64,000 bases of DNA from Candidatus Aminicenantales bacterium. GTDB lineage: Bacteria > Acidobacteriota > Aminicenantia > Aminicenantales > UBA4085. Of the stretch, positions 9,928 through 20,285 are shown piece after piece. Within the stretch, counting starts at the first letter, position 1; the number at the start of each line of letters is the position of its first letter. Under the pieces are notes generated by a model that was not told the DNA's origin, searched no databases, and worked only from the letters and a program-made list of their open reading frames with translations. The position numbers were made by a program, and so were the translations under genes. The DNA lies in NCBI GenBank assembly GCA_049515535.1, contig JBEKTZ010000003.1, positions 248,001-312,000 of the forward strand, in the 5' to 3' direction.

Positions 9928-12045
9928 CTAACGCGAGACCTTTGGCGTGGACAGCAGGTTCTTGATCACCCACACTTCCTCGTTCCCTCCCTTGCTGTCG
10001 TAAAAAGCGATCCGGCGGCCATCCGGGTGGACGGCTTGCAGGTACGTGGCCGCGGGCGATGGCTGTGGCTCGCCGCCTTCGATCGACATGGACCAGACGT
10101 GCGAAGGGCCGGTCGCCATATACCAGACCATCAGCACATGGCGGCCGTCTTTGGTCCAGTCGATTTGATTAATCGGTGTCTTGGATCGGAGCAGTTCGCG
10201 CGGGCTCCCTCCTTCGGCCGGCACGATGATCAAAGACTCGGTCTTCGATTCCGCGTTGGCTTGAACAAAAGCCAATTGCCTCCCGTCCTTGGACAGCGAA
10301 AGATCATCGATACTCCCGGCGGGCTCTTTCATTTGGTACAATTCCTTCTCTTCGCCGTTTTCCAGAGCGCGACGCATCACCCGGTGGAGGTTTCCCCCTT
10401 CTACGTAGTAAAGCGCCTTTCCATCGGGCGATAGGTTCGGAGCATAAACGGCTTTATCCCGATCGCTCAGGTCGAGGAACACCTTCACCTGGCCGGTCTC
10501 GACGTCGAACCGGCGGAAGACCAATTTCCTTTTCTCATTAAAGTCTGTCGCCAACAACGATTGCCCGTCAGGGAACCACTGGAGCACGTTGGGGAAAGGC
10601 ATAGTTTGGTTGAACGCCGACGCAGGCACCGGAAAGACCTCGCGCTCCTCGCCGGTCGCTTCCGATCGGATGATAATGCTGATGATCCTCGATCTGTTGT
10701 ATTCGCCTGGGGACCTTCTCGTATAGGCGAGGAAGCGCCCGTCCGGCGACCAGTCCGCGGGAAAGCCGGCGGAGCCGATGTAACGCTCATTGATTCGTTC
10801 CGGTTTCGATGTGACCAGTCCTGTCGCCGGGTCGAGATCGGCTACGTAAATGTCCCCCTGGGAAGGGATGTAGATCTTATAGTAAAGCGTGCCGTCTTTA
10901 GTGAAGCCGAGAGGCTCCATCAAGCCGACATCCGAACGCATCAGCCGGGGCTCGCCCTCTGGTCTTCCATCGCTCACCCTGATGGCCCACAGATCGTTTT
11001 TTCCCGAACGATCGCTGACGAACAGGATCATGCGGCCGTCAGGCGTCCAGATCGGAGGCCAGTTCTTGGCCCGGCTATCGAGGAGGACCACTTCCTTGCC
11101 GCCATCCGTGGGGAGCAGGATGAGCGGCCCCGGGAGGAGTCCCGACTTCGTCGAGACGCGGTAGGCGGCGATATACCGCCCGTCGGGTGAAAAATACAAA
11201 CCGCTGTAATCATCCCGGGCCGTCAGCACGCGCAAGGAACGGTCGGCTATGGATAACAGCGAAAGCGTAAGCCCGTCAGCACCGTTTTCCGTGGTCACGA
11301 GGATGGACTTTCCATCCGGAGACCAGGCTCTCGGCTGGAGGAATTTCTCTTTGTCACGGATCAGCGTCGTTGGATTGGAGCCGTCGATTCCGGCGATCAT
11401 CAGTTCATAATCGCGGCCGCCATACAAGCTATCACTCCGGGTAAACCGCGTGTAGACGATCTGCCGACTATCGGGAGATATCGAGGGGGGGCCGAAGAAG
11501 GCGGAGCCGGCTTGGCTCTCCAACACCAGGCGGTCCTCACTCGTGGTGAAGTCATGGAGATAGAGGCGGTTCCGCAGCAAAAACGTGTAGGGAAGGTACC
11601 GGCCGTCCGGCGATGGCTGGCGCATCTCTGTAAACGCACCACCGGCCGGAAGCACCCACTTCTGCTGGAAGATAACTCCAGATTCGGGCTGTTTGTCCCG
11701 GCCGCCCGCGGCCAGCAGCGCCCGCGCCTGTTCCACCGCTTCCTTCTGATCGGCGAACTCGCGCACGACCCGCTCGTACGCCTTGCGCGCCTCCGCGTCG
11801 CCCAGCTTGTCGTAACACTGGCCCATGCGGATCAGCGCTTTCGCCGCCACCGCGTGGTTGCTGCCATTGGCGATCTTCTTGTACTGCTCGATGGCGCTTT
11901 TCAGGTCTCCATCGACGGTTTCTGTTTTTATGGCGGCCTTGAGGGCTAACTCAGCCTGGTCGTTCTTCTGGCCCGCGGCAAGCAAAGCTACCAGGAAGAC
12001 CGTTAGCAGTGCCGCTCCAATCAAACCGACGTGACGCGTTTTCAT
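9928..12045 (-). CDS. Secreted TPR + beta-propeller protein, paralog P2
   Basis: Signal peptide; 'AAIKTETVDGDLKSAIEQYKKI..MGQCYDKLGDAEARKAYERVV'; SPDG repeats; C-terminal 'EVWVIKNLL'. Confidence 0.88.
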   Translation of the reverse strand: MKTRHVGLIGAALLTVFLVALLAAGQKNDQAELALKAAIKTETVDGDLKSAIEQYKKIANGSNHAVAAKALIRMGQCYDKLGDAEARKAYERVVREFADQKEAVEQARALLAAGGRDKQPESGVIFQQKWVLPAGGAFTEMRQPSPDGRYLPYTFLLRNRLYLHDFTTSEDRLVLESQAGSAFFGPPSISPDSRQIVYTRFTRSDSLYGGRDYELMIAGIDGSNPTTLIRDKEKFLQPRAWSPDGKSILVTTENGADGLTLSLLSIADRSLRVLTARDDYSGLYFSPDGRYIAAYRVSTKSGLLPGPLILLPTDGGKEVVLLDSRAKNWPPIWTPDGRMILFVSDRSGKNDLWAIRVSDGRPEGEPRLMRSDVGLMEPLGFTKDGTLYYKIYIPSQGDIYVADLDPATGLVTSKPERINERYIGSAGFPADWSPDGRFLAYTRRSPGEYNRSRIISIIIRSEATGEEREVFPVPASAFNQTMPFPNVLQWFPDGQSLLATDFNEKRKLVFRRFDVETGQVKVFLDLSDRDKAVYAPNLSPDGKALYYVEGGNLHRVMRRALENGEEKELYQMKEPAGSIDDLSLSKDGRQLAFVQANAESKTESLIIVPAEGGSPRELLRSKTPINQIDWTKDGRHVLMVWYMATGPSHVWSMSIEGGEPQPSPAATYLQAVHPDGRRIAFYDSKGGNEEVWVIKNLLSTPKVSR

Positions 12046-12064
12046 GGTTTTTTCCTCCTGCCGG

Positions 12065-12119
12065 CAGAGTACGGCCTCCCTGTCCTCAGCTAATCACGAA
12101 ACTGTCACGGTTGTGTCAG
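12065..12119 (-). promoter_or_regulatory. 11-bp period boxes and -10 for P2
   Basis: AATCAC(12092), TGTCAC(12103), TGTCAG(12114); minus-strand TACTCT 20 nt after the last box. Confidence 0.65.
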
Positions 12120-12122
12120 ATC

Positions 12123-12806
12123 TTAGCCGTCGAATCGATACCCCACGCCGCGCACGTTGAGCAGATAACGCGGCTTCGATGGCTTGGGTTCGATCTTCTT
12201 GCGCAGGTTGGCGATCTGGTTATCCACGACGCGGTCGGTGACGAAGACCCCCTGACCCCAGGCGAGGTCGAGGAGCTGGTCTCGCGTCAACGCCCGTCCC
12301 CGCTGGCGGATAAAGGCGGCGAGCAGTTTGAACTCCGTCGGTGTAACCTCGAGAAGCCGGCCGCCGCGCCGGACCTCGTAACGCCCGAAATCCACTTCGA
12401 CGTCGCCGAATCGGAAGACTTCGGGAAGTTCATCCGCGGCACGGCGTAAGAGAGCCTTGATGCGCGCGCGCAGCTCCCGCGGGCTATACGGTTTGGTGAC
12501 GTAGTCGTCGGCCCCCAATTCGAGGCCCAGGATTTTTTCCGCTTCCTGCGTCTTGGCCGTGAGCATCAGGATCGGCGTCCGAACACGAGCGCGCCTGAGG
12601 TCGCGGCAGACATCAAATCCGTCCTTATGGGGCAGCATGACGTCCAACAGGATCAAGTCAAAAGCCGCCTCAAGGGCGCGGCCGCAGGCGCGGTCGCCGT
12701 CGCCCACGATCTCCACGTCATAGCCTTCTTTCTTGAGGTCGTCCTCGAGGGCAAGGGCGATGTTGGCTTCGTCTTCCACGACTAGGATACGGGCCATCGT
12801 TTTCAT
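12123..12806 (-). CDS. OmpR-family response regulator RR2
   Basis: 'LLDVMLPHKDG', 'GADDYVTKPY', 'RVVDNQIANLRKKIE..GYRFDG'. Confidence 0.95.
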   Translation of the reverse strand: MKTMARILVVEDEANIALALEDDLKKEGYDVEIVGDGDRACGRALEAAFDLILLDVMLPHKDGFDVCRDLRRARVRTPILMLTAKTQEAEKILGLELGADDYVTKPYSPRELRARIKALLRRAADELPEVFRFGDVEVDFGRYEVRRGGRLLEVTPTEFKLLAAFIRQRGRALTRDQLLDLAWGQGVFVTDRVVDNQIANLRKKIEPKPSKPRYLLNVRGVGYRFDG

Positions 12807-14731
12807 CCCTCCCCCGGCAGCAAGATTGTGAAGGTGCTGCCTTCCCCAGGACGGCTTTCGACCCGGACTTCGCCGCCATGGGCCCGAACCGTGTGCCGGA
12901 CCATGGCCAGGCCAACCCCGGTTCCTTTGACACTCGAGGCCCGGGCCGCGGAGCCGCGCACAAATTTATTAAAGATTTCCTTTTGTTCCTCAACGGGGAT
13001 GCCCGGGCCTTGATCGCGAACGCGGAGGGCGACACGTTTTCCTTCGCGCGCCAGATCGACCCAAATCGCCGGCTGGCCGGGCGAGTATTTCACGGCATTG
13101 TCCAAAAGGTTCCACAGCGCCCGGCTGAGAGCCTCGCGGTCGACTTGAAGCGGAGGGAGGCCGTGATCCGCACGAAGCTCAAAGCGATGGCCGCTGGAGG
13201 CGAACTCTTTCCGAAACTCGGCCACGACATCCCCGACCAGGACGGCGAGGTCGACCGGCTCGAATCGGTACTCAAACGCGCCGGCTTCCATGCGCCCGAA
13301 ATTCAAGAGGCTCTCGACCAGGCGGTGAAGCCGCGTGGTCTCGTGCGCCAATGCGGCATAGTATTGCCGGCGGCGGTTCTCGTCCGACACGATGCCTCGG
13401 TCAAGCGAATCGGTCAGATGGAGCATCGAGGTCAAAGGTGTCCGAAACTCATGCGAGACCGCCGAGACAAAATCGGACTGCAGCCGGGAGACGGCCAACT
13501 CGCGCGACACGGCGCGCGTCGTGAAGTACCCGCCTACAAGGACCATGACGCCCATCATAGCCAAACCCGCCAGCAGGAGGCGCCGGCGTCCGGCTCGCTG
13601 GGCCAGATCGGCGGCAGGATCGGCGCTGGTAATCCGCAGAGTCCACGGCAATCGCGTGTCGGATGACGTGCGCAGGGCCTGCTGCGGACTGGTCGGAGGG
13701 AATGGTTGAAACACATTGTGGGAATCGGAATCCAGCAGCGACACGGTGACGCCGAGATTCCGCCAGGTATGGCCCCATTGGGATTCCAGATATCGCGGAC
13801 CAGCCGCCAAGGCCGTGAGTTTTTCCGGAGAGCTGTCCCAGAGCAAGAGGATCGACTGGCCATGCACCCAAAGACTACGACGGCCGCGCGCGCTCCCTTC
13901 GCCTCGCCTGAGTTCTTGCCATTGCTCCCAGAGGGATTCCACGGCGGCGGCCAGGGCGAGAGCGGCTTGGCGTTCGGCCAGGGTATCGGGCTCGACGGTC
14001 AACCAGCGTTGGACTTCTTGCGAATGGAATTGATAGGAAACGCGATCCAGCTGCCAGCGGCCCTGCTGAAGGTCGGCGTCCAAAGATCCGGCCTCGCGCT
14101 GCAATTCTGAAAGTAGATTCAGCTCCTTCAGAAGTGCGCATCGGGCCTGTCGGGCGAGAAGTTCGGCCGGATCTCCGCCCACGGGAGTCGATCCGAGCCG
14201 GGCCAGTTCTTCGTAAACCGCAAGCGCTTCATGGATCTGGTTGTTCTTGCGCAGATTTCGCCCAAGACGCACCAGCGCCCCTGCCCGGATAAGAGGGTCC
14301 TTCGAGAACGCTAGCGCGCGGAACGCGGCAATCGCCCCGACGTAGTCCTGCTGCCGGAACTCGAGAGTCTCCCCCGCTTCGAACATGGTGACAGGGGATT
14401 CCCGAACCTGTGGAATAAAGGGATAGTAGAGCAAACGCCCGCCGGGATTGGTTTCGACCTCACGTGGGCCGAAAGCAATGGACAGAGCATGATCACCGGG
14501 ATCGGATAGGACCGAAAGATGATTCTCGATTTCCGAAAGACCTAGATCAAGGGACGTGACGATCAGATCGGCCGCGCGTTCGAGCCGTTCCTGGATACGC
14601 TGGTTCTCCAACGCCCGGTCCTGCCTCAGCAGACGCCAACTCAGCCAAACCAAGGCAGACACCGAAACGGCCGAGACTGCTATAAACAGCACCAGAACAT
14701 TGCGCGGCGGCCGCAACTTAGAGTGGTGCAT
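12803..14731 (-). CDS. Sensor histidine kinase HK2 with periplasmic TPR domain
   Basis: Start reassigned to MHHSKL (RBS GGAGG; the longer ORF start lies in the -35); TPR 'RAGALVRLGRNLRK'; 'VSHEFRTPL'; 'NLLDNAVKYS'. Confidence 0.93.
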   Translation of the reverse strand: MHHSKLRPPRNVLVLFIAVSAVSVSALVWLSWRLLRQDRALENQRIQERLERAADLIVTSLDLGLSEIENHLSVLSDPGDHALSIAFGPREVETNPGGRLLYYPFIPQVRESPVTMFEAGETLEFRQQDYVGAIAAFRALAFSKDPLIRAGALVRLGRNLRKNNQIHEALAVYEELARLGSTPVGGDPAELLARQARCALLKELNLLSELQREAGSLDADLQQGRWQLDRVSYQFHSQEVQRWLTVEPDTLAERQAALALAAAVESLWEQWQELRRGEGSARGRRSLWVHGQSILLLWDSSPEKLTALAAGPRYLESQWGHTWRNLGVTVSLLDSDSHNVFQPFPPTSPQQALRTSSDTRLPWTLRITSADPAADLAQRAGRRRLLLAGLAMMGVMVLVGGYFTTRAVSRELAVSRLQSDFVSAVSHEFRTPLTSMLHLTDSLDRGIVSDENRRRQYYAALAHETTRLHRLVESLLNFGRMEAGAFEYRFEPVDLAVLVGDVVAEFRKEFASSGHRFELRADHGLPPLQVDREALSRALWNLLDNAVKYSPGQPAIWVDLAREGKRVALRVRDQGPGIPVEEQKEIFNKFVRGSAARASSVKGTGVGLAMVRHTVRAHGGEVRVESRPGEGSTFTILLPGEG

Positions 14732-14759
14732 CCCTACCTCCCGGGACTGTCGCGGTTCA

Positions 14760-14825
14760 ATTATAGCCGCGAGCGCCACAATTGTCATATGGGAAGAATA
14801 TCTTATCCCCGAAAATAAGATATTC
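14760..14825 (-). promoter_or_regulatory. sigma70 promoter of HK2 with an upstream 11-bp inverted repeat
   Basis: Minus strand ATGACA-17 nt-TATAAT (14788-14760); perfect IR GAATATCTTAT-N8-ATAAGATATTC at 14796-14825. Confidence 0.6.
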
Positions 14826-14897
14826 GTCTAGAGACGGAGACCCAGTGCTTTCTCGATCAGTTACTTTCCCAATATTTTCTGACCTGAATCTCCGTCG

Positions 14898-17771
14898 TCA
14901 TCTCTCCCTGGAAGCGGCGGTCGTGGGAAGGAAGTTCTCCATCGCCCACACTTCGTGGCGATACTCAAAACAGTCAAAGACGATACGCCGTCCATCGGGA
15001 TGAACATCCAGCGCACTCCACAACACGCCGTACGTCATTGTTTGGGGTCGGCAAAGCTCGCGCGACTGCCCGCCGCCCGCTGGAATAATAAACAATGCGT
15101 TTCCCCCCGGGATGGAATTGGAGAAGAGTAAAAACCGCCCATCAGGTGTCCACGCAATCATGGGAAGCTGCTTGAGCTCTTCGTTCTTGAGTAGTTCCAT
15201 GGGCTCACCGCCTTTAGCCGGCATCGTCAAGATACGGTGAATCCATTTCGTCGGAGACGATGTATCAAAGGTCGCCAGGGCCAACTGCCGACCATCAGGC
15301 GAAAGGGCAAAGTTAAGACTCTGTGCGGTTCTGGCACCTTCCATGCTGAAAAACTCTTTTTCACGGCCTGACTTCATGTCTCTAGCCATGAGGCTCGCTT
15401 TTTGTGAGTCGGGATGGTGAAGAACGTAGAACAATGTCCCGCCATCAGAGGTCAGTTGAGCCGCGCCGAGTCCGGAAGAGGCACTCTGCACCAGGGCCAC
15501 TCGTTCGCCTGTGCTGGCATTGATTCTGTGGACAGCCTGCGGCAAATTTTGTTTGAAGTTCGACACAAGAAAAAACTTGCCGTCGCGTGACCACCGAAGT
15601 GAATTGAATTGCGGCAAACCGGGATCGAGTTCCCGTTCCTGACCCGTTTCCATGTTTCGGATACGGATGATCTGGGATTTGTTGGACTTTTGGATGCCAT
15701 ATGCCAGGTACCGACCATCAGGTGACCAGGCAGGAGTGACGTCGGTCCCTGTCTGACTCACCGGCTGGGGTTTCGTCAACAGTTTGCCTATCTGCATATC
15801 CACTTCAGCCACGGCAGCCTCCATAGTGCTGAACTCAACAGCATAATAAAAGGCCCCGTTCCGCGTGAAACCTTTCGGTCTGATCTTGGCGGGAATGTCA
15901 CGCTTGACCAGTTCAGGCGCCCCCTGACTCGCACCATCGGCCACCGGTAGAAGGTAGGCATCCCAGGTATCTGAAATAGAAAAGCCACCGGGATATCCAG
16001 CCTTGCGGTTACTGGCGAAAAAAAGATAGGAATTGTCAGGCGTCCAGCCCAATAATCGATCATTGGCGGCATGTTGAACAAGAGGTTTCGTTTGCTTGTA
16101 TTCGATGTCGAGGATGAAAATGTCTCTGTCCTCAGAATCTTTCTCCTGCGGCCGCTCGTAGGCGAGGTAGCGGCCGTCCGCTGAAATCGCCATCTCACTG
16201 TTCCAGGAAGGCTTATCCGTTACGAAAGTGTGGATCACCTGCATGGAACCGTCTTCGATGGAGAAGGCGAGAAGCCGGGGATCTTCGCCCTCTTTCTCCA
16301 AGGTCCCCAGGACCCGTTGACCATCCGGTGTCCACGTACGTAATATGAACTCTTCGTCGACTTTGAAGCGATGAAGAGCGCGGTGCCCCGTGCCGTCCAT
16401 CTTGATCAGCTGAAGCTCATTCTCCAGCGGTGGGAAGGTCTGGTTAAGGCAAGCGACGAACTCGCTCTTGGGAGATATGACCGGGTACCACATACCCCAA
16501 TCTGATACTTCAGTCAGCGATCGAACTTCGCCTGTGACAAGATCGCGAATGACCAGATGCGGTCGCAGAATATCACACATATACCGTCCGTCCAGAGACG
16601 GGGGACCCGAGAAGTCCGACATGGGGCCTGTCTCGATCCTACGAAGCGAGATGCTTGGCTCGGACTTCGGCAAGACGGTATTTTGGCTCTCGCTCCGGAC
16701 AGTGAAAGAGAGAGAGAGGACGCCTAACGCAATAATCAAGAAAACGGACAGAGGCGACCATTGATAAGAGCCTTTTTTAAAGTGGGCGATCATCGTTATC
16801 CTCCTTTTTAATTGTGATTGATTCTCTAAAATTCCGGCCATGGCCGGCAGGGGCCGCGAGCGGGAGAAACGGCGCAGGAGCCCGACGATGGCTCGCCCGT
16901 ATTCCTGTGATTTTTCGTTTCCCGTTCGGGAAAGCACGAAAGCATCACAGGCCAGCTCCCGGTCGGACCGCATGCGGTGGAAAGCGAACCAGACCAGGGG
17001 ATTGAACCAGTGCAGGATCTGCAGGAGACTGGTGAGCCACCCCAGATAGATGTCACGGTGTTTGAGATGGGCCAGCTCGTGAAGGAAAACATACCGCATC
17101 TCCTCTTGGCCGGCTTCCTCGACCATCGCCAACGGCAGGAGGAGACGGGGACGGATGAAGCCGAAGAGAGCCGGACTCTTGATCCGGGCGCTCGGGATAA
17201 GGCCGACGAGCGTTTGGACGCCCATCAGCTCTTTGCACTCTTCGAAGAGCTCCAAGGTCTTCTGGTCGAGCAGCGGACGATCCCGCTTGACGATCCGCCA
17301 AAGGGAAAAGTTGCTCCAGAGGAGATATCCCCCCATCACCATGGCGCCGGCCAGCCAGAGAAAAGGCAGGAGTCGATGGAGGTCGGCCGGCTCTGGTTTG
17401 GATTCGCTTTGTCCGGTGGCGAGCGTTTCCGATTTTGGAGTCACCGGCTTCTGAATTCCGACGCCGGACTCCGGTTTCTGATCTGTTTGAGAGACCTCGT
17501 TCTGTTCAGCTGTTTTAGATGGCTGCTGTTGTTGAACCTGCCGGTCCCGCGAAGCGACAAGATTGGAAAGATCGATTTGGCCCGGAAATGCCCCCGGCAG
17601 CGCCAATCGTATCAATAACACCAGCCAAAGGGCATGACACCAGCGAGGACCCAGCTTCCCTCCCATCGCTTTTTGGGCCGCCAAAATCAGACCGATGACG
17701 ACACTACCGATCAGAGTCGTCTGCAGAAGCCAGATAAAAAACGGTTGAACAAAGGTCATTATGGCTTCCAT
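14898..17771 (-). CDS. BlaR1/MecR1-type M56 metallopeptidase fused to a beta-propeller domain (P3)
   Basis: 'LWLVLLIRL', 'SPALFGFIRPRLLLP', HExxH 'HELAH', 'HWFNPLVW..DRELACD', 'QLKRRI', TM, then PD40 repeats ending 'EVWAMENFLP'. Confidence 0.92.
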   Translation of the reverse strand: MEAIMTFVQPFFIWLLQTTLIGSVVIGLILAAQKAMGGKLGPRWCHALWLVLLIRLALPGAFPGQIDLSNLVASRDRQVQQQQPSKTAEQNEVSQTDQKPESGVGIQKPVTPKSETLATGQSESKPEPADLHRLLPFLWLAGAMVMGGYLLWSNFSLWRIVKRDRPLLDQKTLELFEECKELMGVQTLVGLIPSARIKSPALFGFIRPRLLLPLAMVEEAGQEEMRYVFLHELAHLKHRDIYLGWLTSLLQILHWFNPLVWFAFHRMRSDRELACDAFVLSRTGNEKSQEYGRAIVGLLRRFSRSRPLPAMAGILENQSQLKRRITMIAHFKKGSYQWSPLSVFLIIALGVLSLSFTVRSESQNTVLPKSEPSISLRRIETGPMSDFSGPPSLDGRYMCDILRPHLVIRDLVTGEVRSLTEVSDWGMWYPVISPKSEFVACLNQTFPPLENELQLIKMDGTGHRALHRFKVDEEFILRTWTPDGQRVLGTLEKEGEDPRLLAFSIEDGSMQVIHTFVTDKPSWNSEMAISADGRYLAYERPQEKDSEDRDIFILDIEYKQTKPLVQHAANDRLLGWTPDNSYLFFASNRKAGYPGGFSISDTWDAYLLPVADGASQGAPELVKRDIPAKIRPKGFTRNGAFYYAVEFSTMEAAVAEVDMQIGKLLTKPQPVSQTGTDVTPAWSPDGRYLAYGIQKSNKSQIIRIRNMETGQERELDPGLPQFNSLRWSRDGKFFLVSNFKQNLPQAVHRINASTGERVALVQSASSGLGAAQLTSDGGTLFYVLHHPDSQKASLMARDMKSGREKEFFSMEGARTAQSLNFALSPDGRQLALATFDTSSPTKWIHRILTMPAKGGEPMELLKNEELKQLPMIAWTPDGRFLLFSNSIPGGNALFIIPAGGGQSRELCRPQTMTYGVLWSALDVHPDGRRIVFDCFEYRHEVWAMENFLPTTAASRER

Positions 17772-17773
17772 GG

Positions 17774-18154
17774 TCACCCCCCTTTTTTCTTGTCTAGGAT
17801 CTCTTGAAGCTCATCGATCTCTTGGGCCGAAAGGTCAGCATCCTCGATGAAAGCGGCGAGGACGGGCGTCATCGTTCCCTTGTAGACGCGCCGAACGAAA
17901 CTCTTGGTCTCGGAACGAACGCATGCGGATTCGTTCACGGCGGCTGAATATCGATACCGGTGGCCTTCCTCGTTGACTTTGATTGCGCCTTTCTTGACGA
18001 GCCGACTGATCAGCGTCTTGACCGTTCTGGGCTTCCACTTGACCTCACGGGAAAGCACGTTGACCACATCACCGGCAGTCTGCGGGCCGCGCTCCCACAG
18101 GACCCGCATCACCCGCCACTCCGAGTCGGCTATCTTGGGCAGTTCTTTTTTCAT
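17774..18154 (-). CDS. BlaI/MecI/CopY-family repressor
   Basis: 'SEWRVMRVLW', 'WKPRTVKTLISRLVKKG', 'LSAQEIDELQEIL'. Confidence 0.92.
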   Translation of the reverse strand: MKKELPKIADSEWRVMRVLWERGPQTAGDVVNVLSREVKWKPRTVKTLISRLVKKGAIKVNEEGHRYRYSAAVNESACVRSETKSFVRRVYKGTMTPVLAAFIEDADLSAQEIDELQEILDKKKGG

Positions 18155-18167
18155 GGCATCTCCCATC

Positions 18168-18220
18168 GATTACATTAGTAGTCACATCAACAATGTATTA
18201 CACTTGTAGTCACTTGTCAA
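18168..18220 (-). promoter_or_regulatory. BlaI-type operators overlapping the promoter
   Basis: TACActTGTA (18199-18208) and TACAttAGTA (18171-18180), both followed by GTCAC; minus-strand TTGACA-17 nt-TACATT. Confidence 0.8.
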
Positions 18221-18577
18221 GTATTTCTTTTCAACCACCCCGAATCCCGGTTCGAAATCAAATAGCCTGCCTTGCCTTGATGGCGGCCGAAGAGCGGGCG
18301 AAGTATTTATAGCGGCGGGCGATTTCATGAGAGGGGCGAGGTCTTGCATCTTTCGGGCGATTTTCCGGTCGACCGCGACGATGATACGGCCGGCCAGCCT
18401 CCTTCGCGGCCATCTTTGCGTTCTTGATTTCGATCCGCAGCCGGAATTATCATCTTTGCGATATGGGAGGTATTGATTCCGAGCTTTTTAGGAAGGAAAG
18501 TCGCGCAGCGCAAAAAAGCAAATCCCTATATGGTAGCCGTAAGGACATCGTGAACACTTGTTCATGCGCCTCACGTC

Positions 18578-18605
18578 CGCAACCTCTTATGGCCTCGTGC
18601 GTTAA
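18578..18605 (+). promoter_or_regulatory. Candidate ECF-dependent autoregulatory promoter
   Basis: GCAAC-N16-CGTTAA matches the generic ECF AAC-N16-CGT layout, ~20 nt before the sigma start. Confidence 0.5.
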
Positions 18606-18625
18606 AGTTAGTATGGGCAAGATGA

Positions 18626-19225
18626 ATGTCTAGAGGCATGATGGGACGATCGGACGAGGAATTGATGCTGAATTACCGCGAAGGAGACGAGGCCGCTTTT
18701 GAGATGCTTTATCGCAAATATGAGAAGCCGGTTTTGGATTTCATCTACCGCATGGTCATGAGCGCGGACGAGGCTGAGAACTTGTGCCAGGAGACTTTTT
18801 TCAGAGTGGTCCGCGCCCGGAAGAATTATCAGGTGACGGCGACGTTCAAAACATGGCTTTTTCAGATAGCTCTGAATTTGTGCCGGGACAGGCGGAGGAG
18901 AATGAAGCACCGTTCGCATCTGTCTTTTAGTGCCCCGGTGCGGGCTCAAAATGATAGAGATGTTGAGCTCCAGGACGCTCTCGCTGATCCTTCCCTGGAC
19001 CTTGTTAGGCGGATCGAGACGGCCGAACTGGGAGCTCTGGTCCAGAGAGCCGTTGCGGCCCTGCCGGAGGATGAGCATCTCGTGGTCGTTATGAAGGAAT
19101 ATCAGGGGCTGGAATTCTCGGAAATCGCCGAAATCATGGACTGTCCTGTGGGCACCCTGAAGTCGCTCAATCACAGGGCGCATGAAAAGCTCAGAAAAAC
19201 CCTGGCCAAATACTTGGGAGATTGA
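18626..19225 (+). CDS. ECF sigma-70 factor
   Basis: 'DEELM..GDEAAFEMLY', 'AENLCQETF', 'FKTWLFQIALNLCRD', region 4 'EIAEIMDCPVGTLKS'. Confidence 0.93.
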   Translation: MSRGMMGRSDEELMLNYREGDEAAFEMLYRKYEKPVLDFIYRMVMSADEAENLCQETFFRVVRARKNYQVTATFKTWLFQIALNLCRDRRRRMKHRSHLSFSAPVRAQNDRDVELQDALADPSLDLVRRIETAELGALVQRAVAALPEDEHLVVVMKEYQGLEFSEIAEIMDCPVGTLKSLNHRAHEKLRKTLAKYLGD

Positions 19226-19228
19226 ACG

Positions 19229-20218
19229 ATGAATTGTGAAGAGATCCGGAAGGAATTGGCGGATTTTGTGAGCGGTGAGACCGATGCCGCGATGATTAAC
19301 GAGATTAAGAATCACCTGGAGGCATGCCGGGGCTGCTCTCGCGAGTTGCGACAGACGAAGCGTCTTTCTGAAGTCCTTCGATCCTGGAAAGGAATAGATC
19401 CGTCGCCGCTGATGTACGACAAACTGAAAACGCGGATGAGCGCCTCCGGTTCTTCCTGGAGAAAAATATTCAGCCTCTCAACCCTCAGGAAAGCGGCCTT
19501 CAAGTTCGCGGAAGTCGCGGCAATCGTTGCTGTTACCCTGCTCGTCAGCCGCCAACTTCAAAAGCCTGCCCCGAAGACTCCCGCCTTGGCTCCGATCAAT
19601 TTCTATCTGATGGAGCATCAGGAAGCCGTCGCGCAGACGGCGTCCGCGGAGCTTTCCGAGCTGCCCACGGCCCGAATCCCTGTTGACAGGGGCGACTTCC
19701 TTTATTACGAATTCATCGACGGATACCCGCGGGCGGCACGTCCGGGCGTGATCCTCAAGGGAAGGCCATCTCAAAAGGACGTCAAGCCGCCCGAAACTCC
19801 CCCGGGCTCAAAAGAACAGATCATCACCCTTGAACAGGCTCGGAAGGCTGTTGGTTTCCCCTTTGTGGCGCCGCAGCGGCTGCACCCCGGATACATTCTC
19901 GACAGCGTGAGGAAAATCGAAGATCGCAAATGTCTCCATCTGCTTTACACGAACGGCATCGACACACTGTCGTTATTCGAACAGCCGGCGAACGAGGAAC
20001 AAGGTCTCGGCGCAAAGGATTTCAGGGAGTATGCCGTTTTCCGCAGCGTCGAGCCTGTTCCCGGACACGTAAATGGCCAAGGCAGAGTGACCATCCTTGC
20101 TTGGATCAATGATGGAGTCTCCCTGGTTCTGATCGGCAAGGGGGATCTCTCCCAGTTAATGGATACCGGGCAATCGATCAACGCTGCGACGGGAACGGCC
20201 ACTCATGGATCTCAATAA
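19229..20218 (+). CDS. Zinc-finger (zf-HC2/ZAS) transmembrane anti-sigma factor with extracytoplasmic domain
   Basis: 'MNC..NHLEACRGC', one TM, RseB/DUF4367-like C-terminus 'LLYTNGIDTLSLFEQ'. Confidence 0.8.
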   Translation: MNCEEIRKELADFVSGETDAAMINEIKNHLEACRGCSRELRQTKRLSEVLRSWKGIDPSPLMYDKLKTRMSASGSSWRKIFSLSTLRKAAFKFAEVAAIVAVTLLVSRQLQKPAPKTPALAPINFYLMEHQEAVAQTASAELSELPTARIPVDRGDFLYYEFIDGYPRAARPGVILKGRPSQKDVKPPETPPGSKEQIITLEQARKAVGFPFVAPQRLHPGYILDSVRKIEDRKCLHLLYTNGIDTLSLFEQPANEEQGLGAKDFREYAVFRSVEPVPGHVNGQGRVTILAWINDGVSLVLIGKGDLSQLMDTGQSINAATGTATHGSQ

Positions 20219-20285
20219 ATCAGAGACATTCGGGACGTGACTAAAGCGCATGATTGACGCGCTTTGAATAACGAGGAGGAAAGCG

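Noticed and set aside
14732..14788. Longer ORF-track starts (14788, 6186, 24746, 25570, 37256, 56859)
   Set aside because: The extensions run through promoters, operator boxes or neighbouring genes; downstream ATGs have clear RBSs and, where relevant, signal peptides
14898..18154. Beta-lactam resistance (blaR1/blaI/blaZ)
   Set aside because: No penicillin-binding SxxK sensor domain and no beta-lactamase nearby
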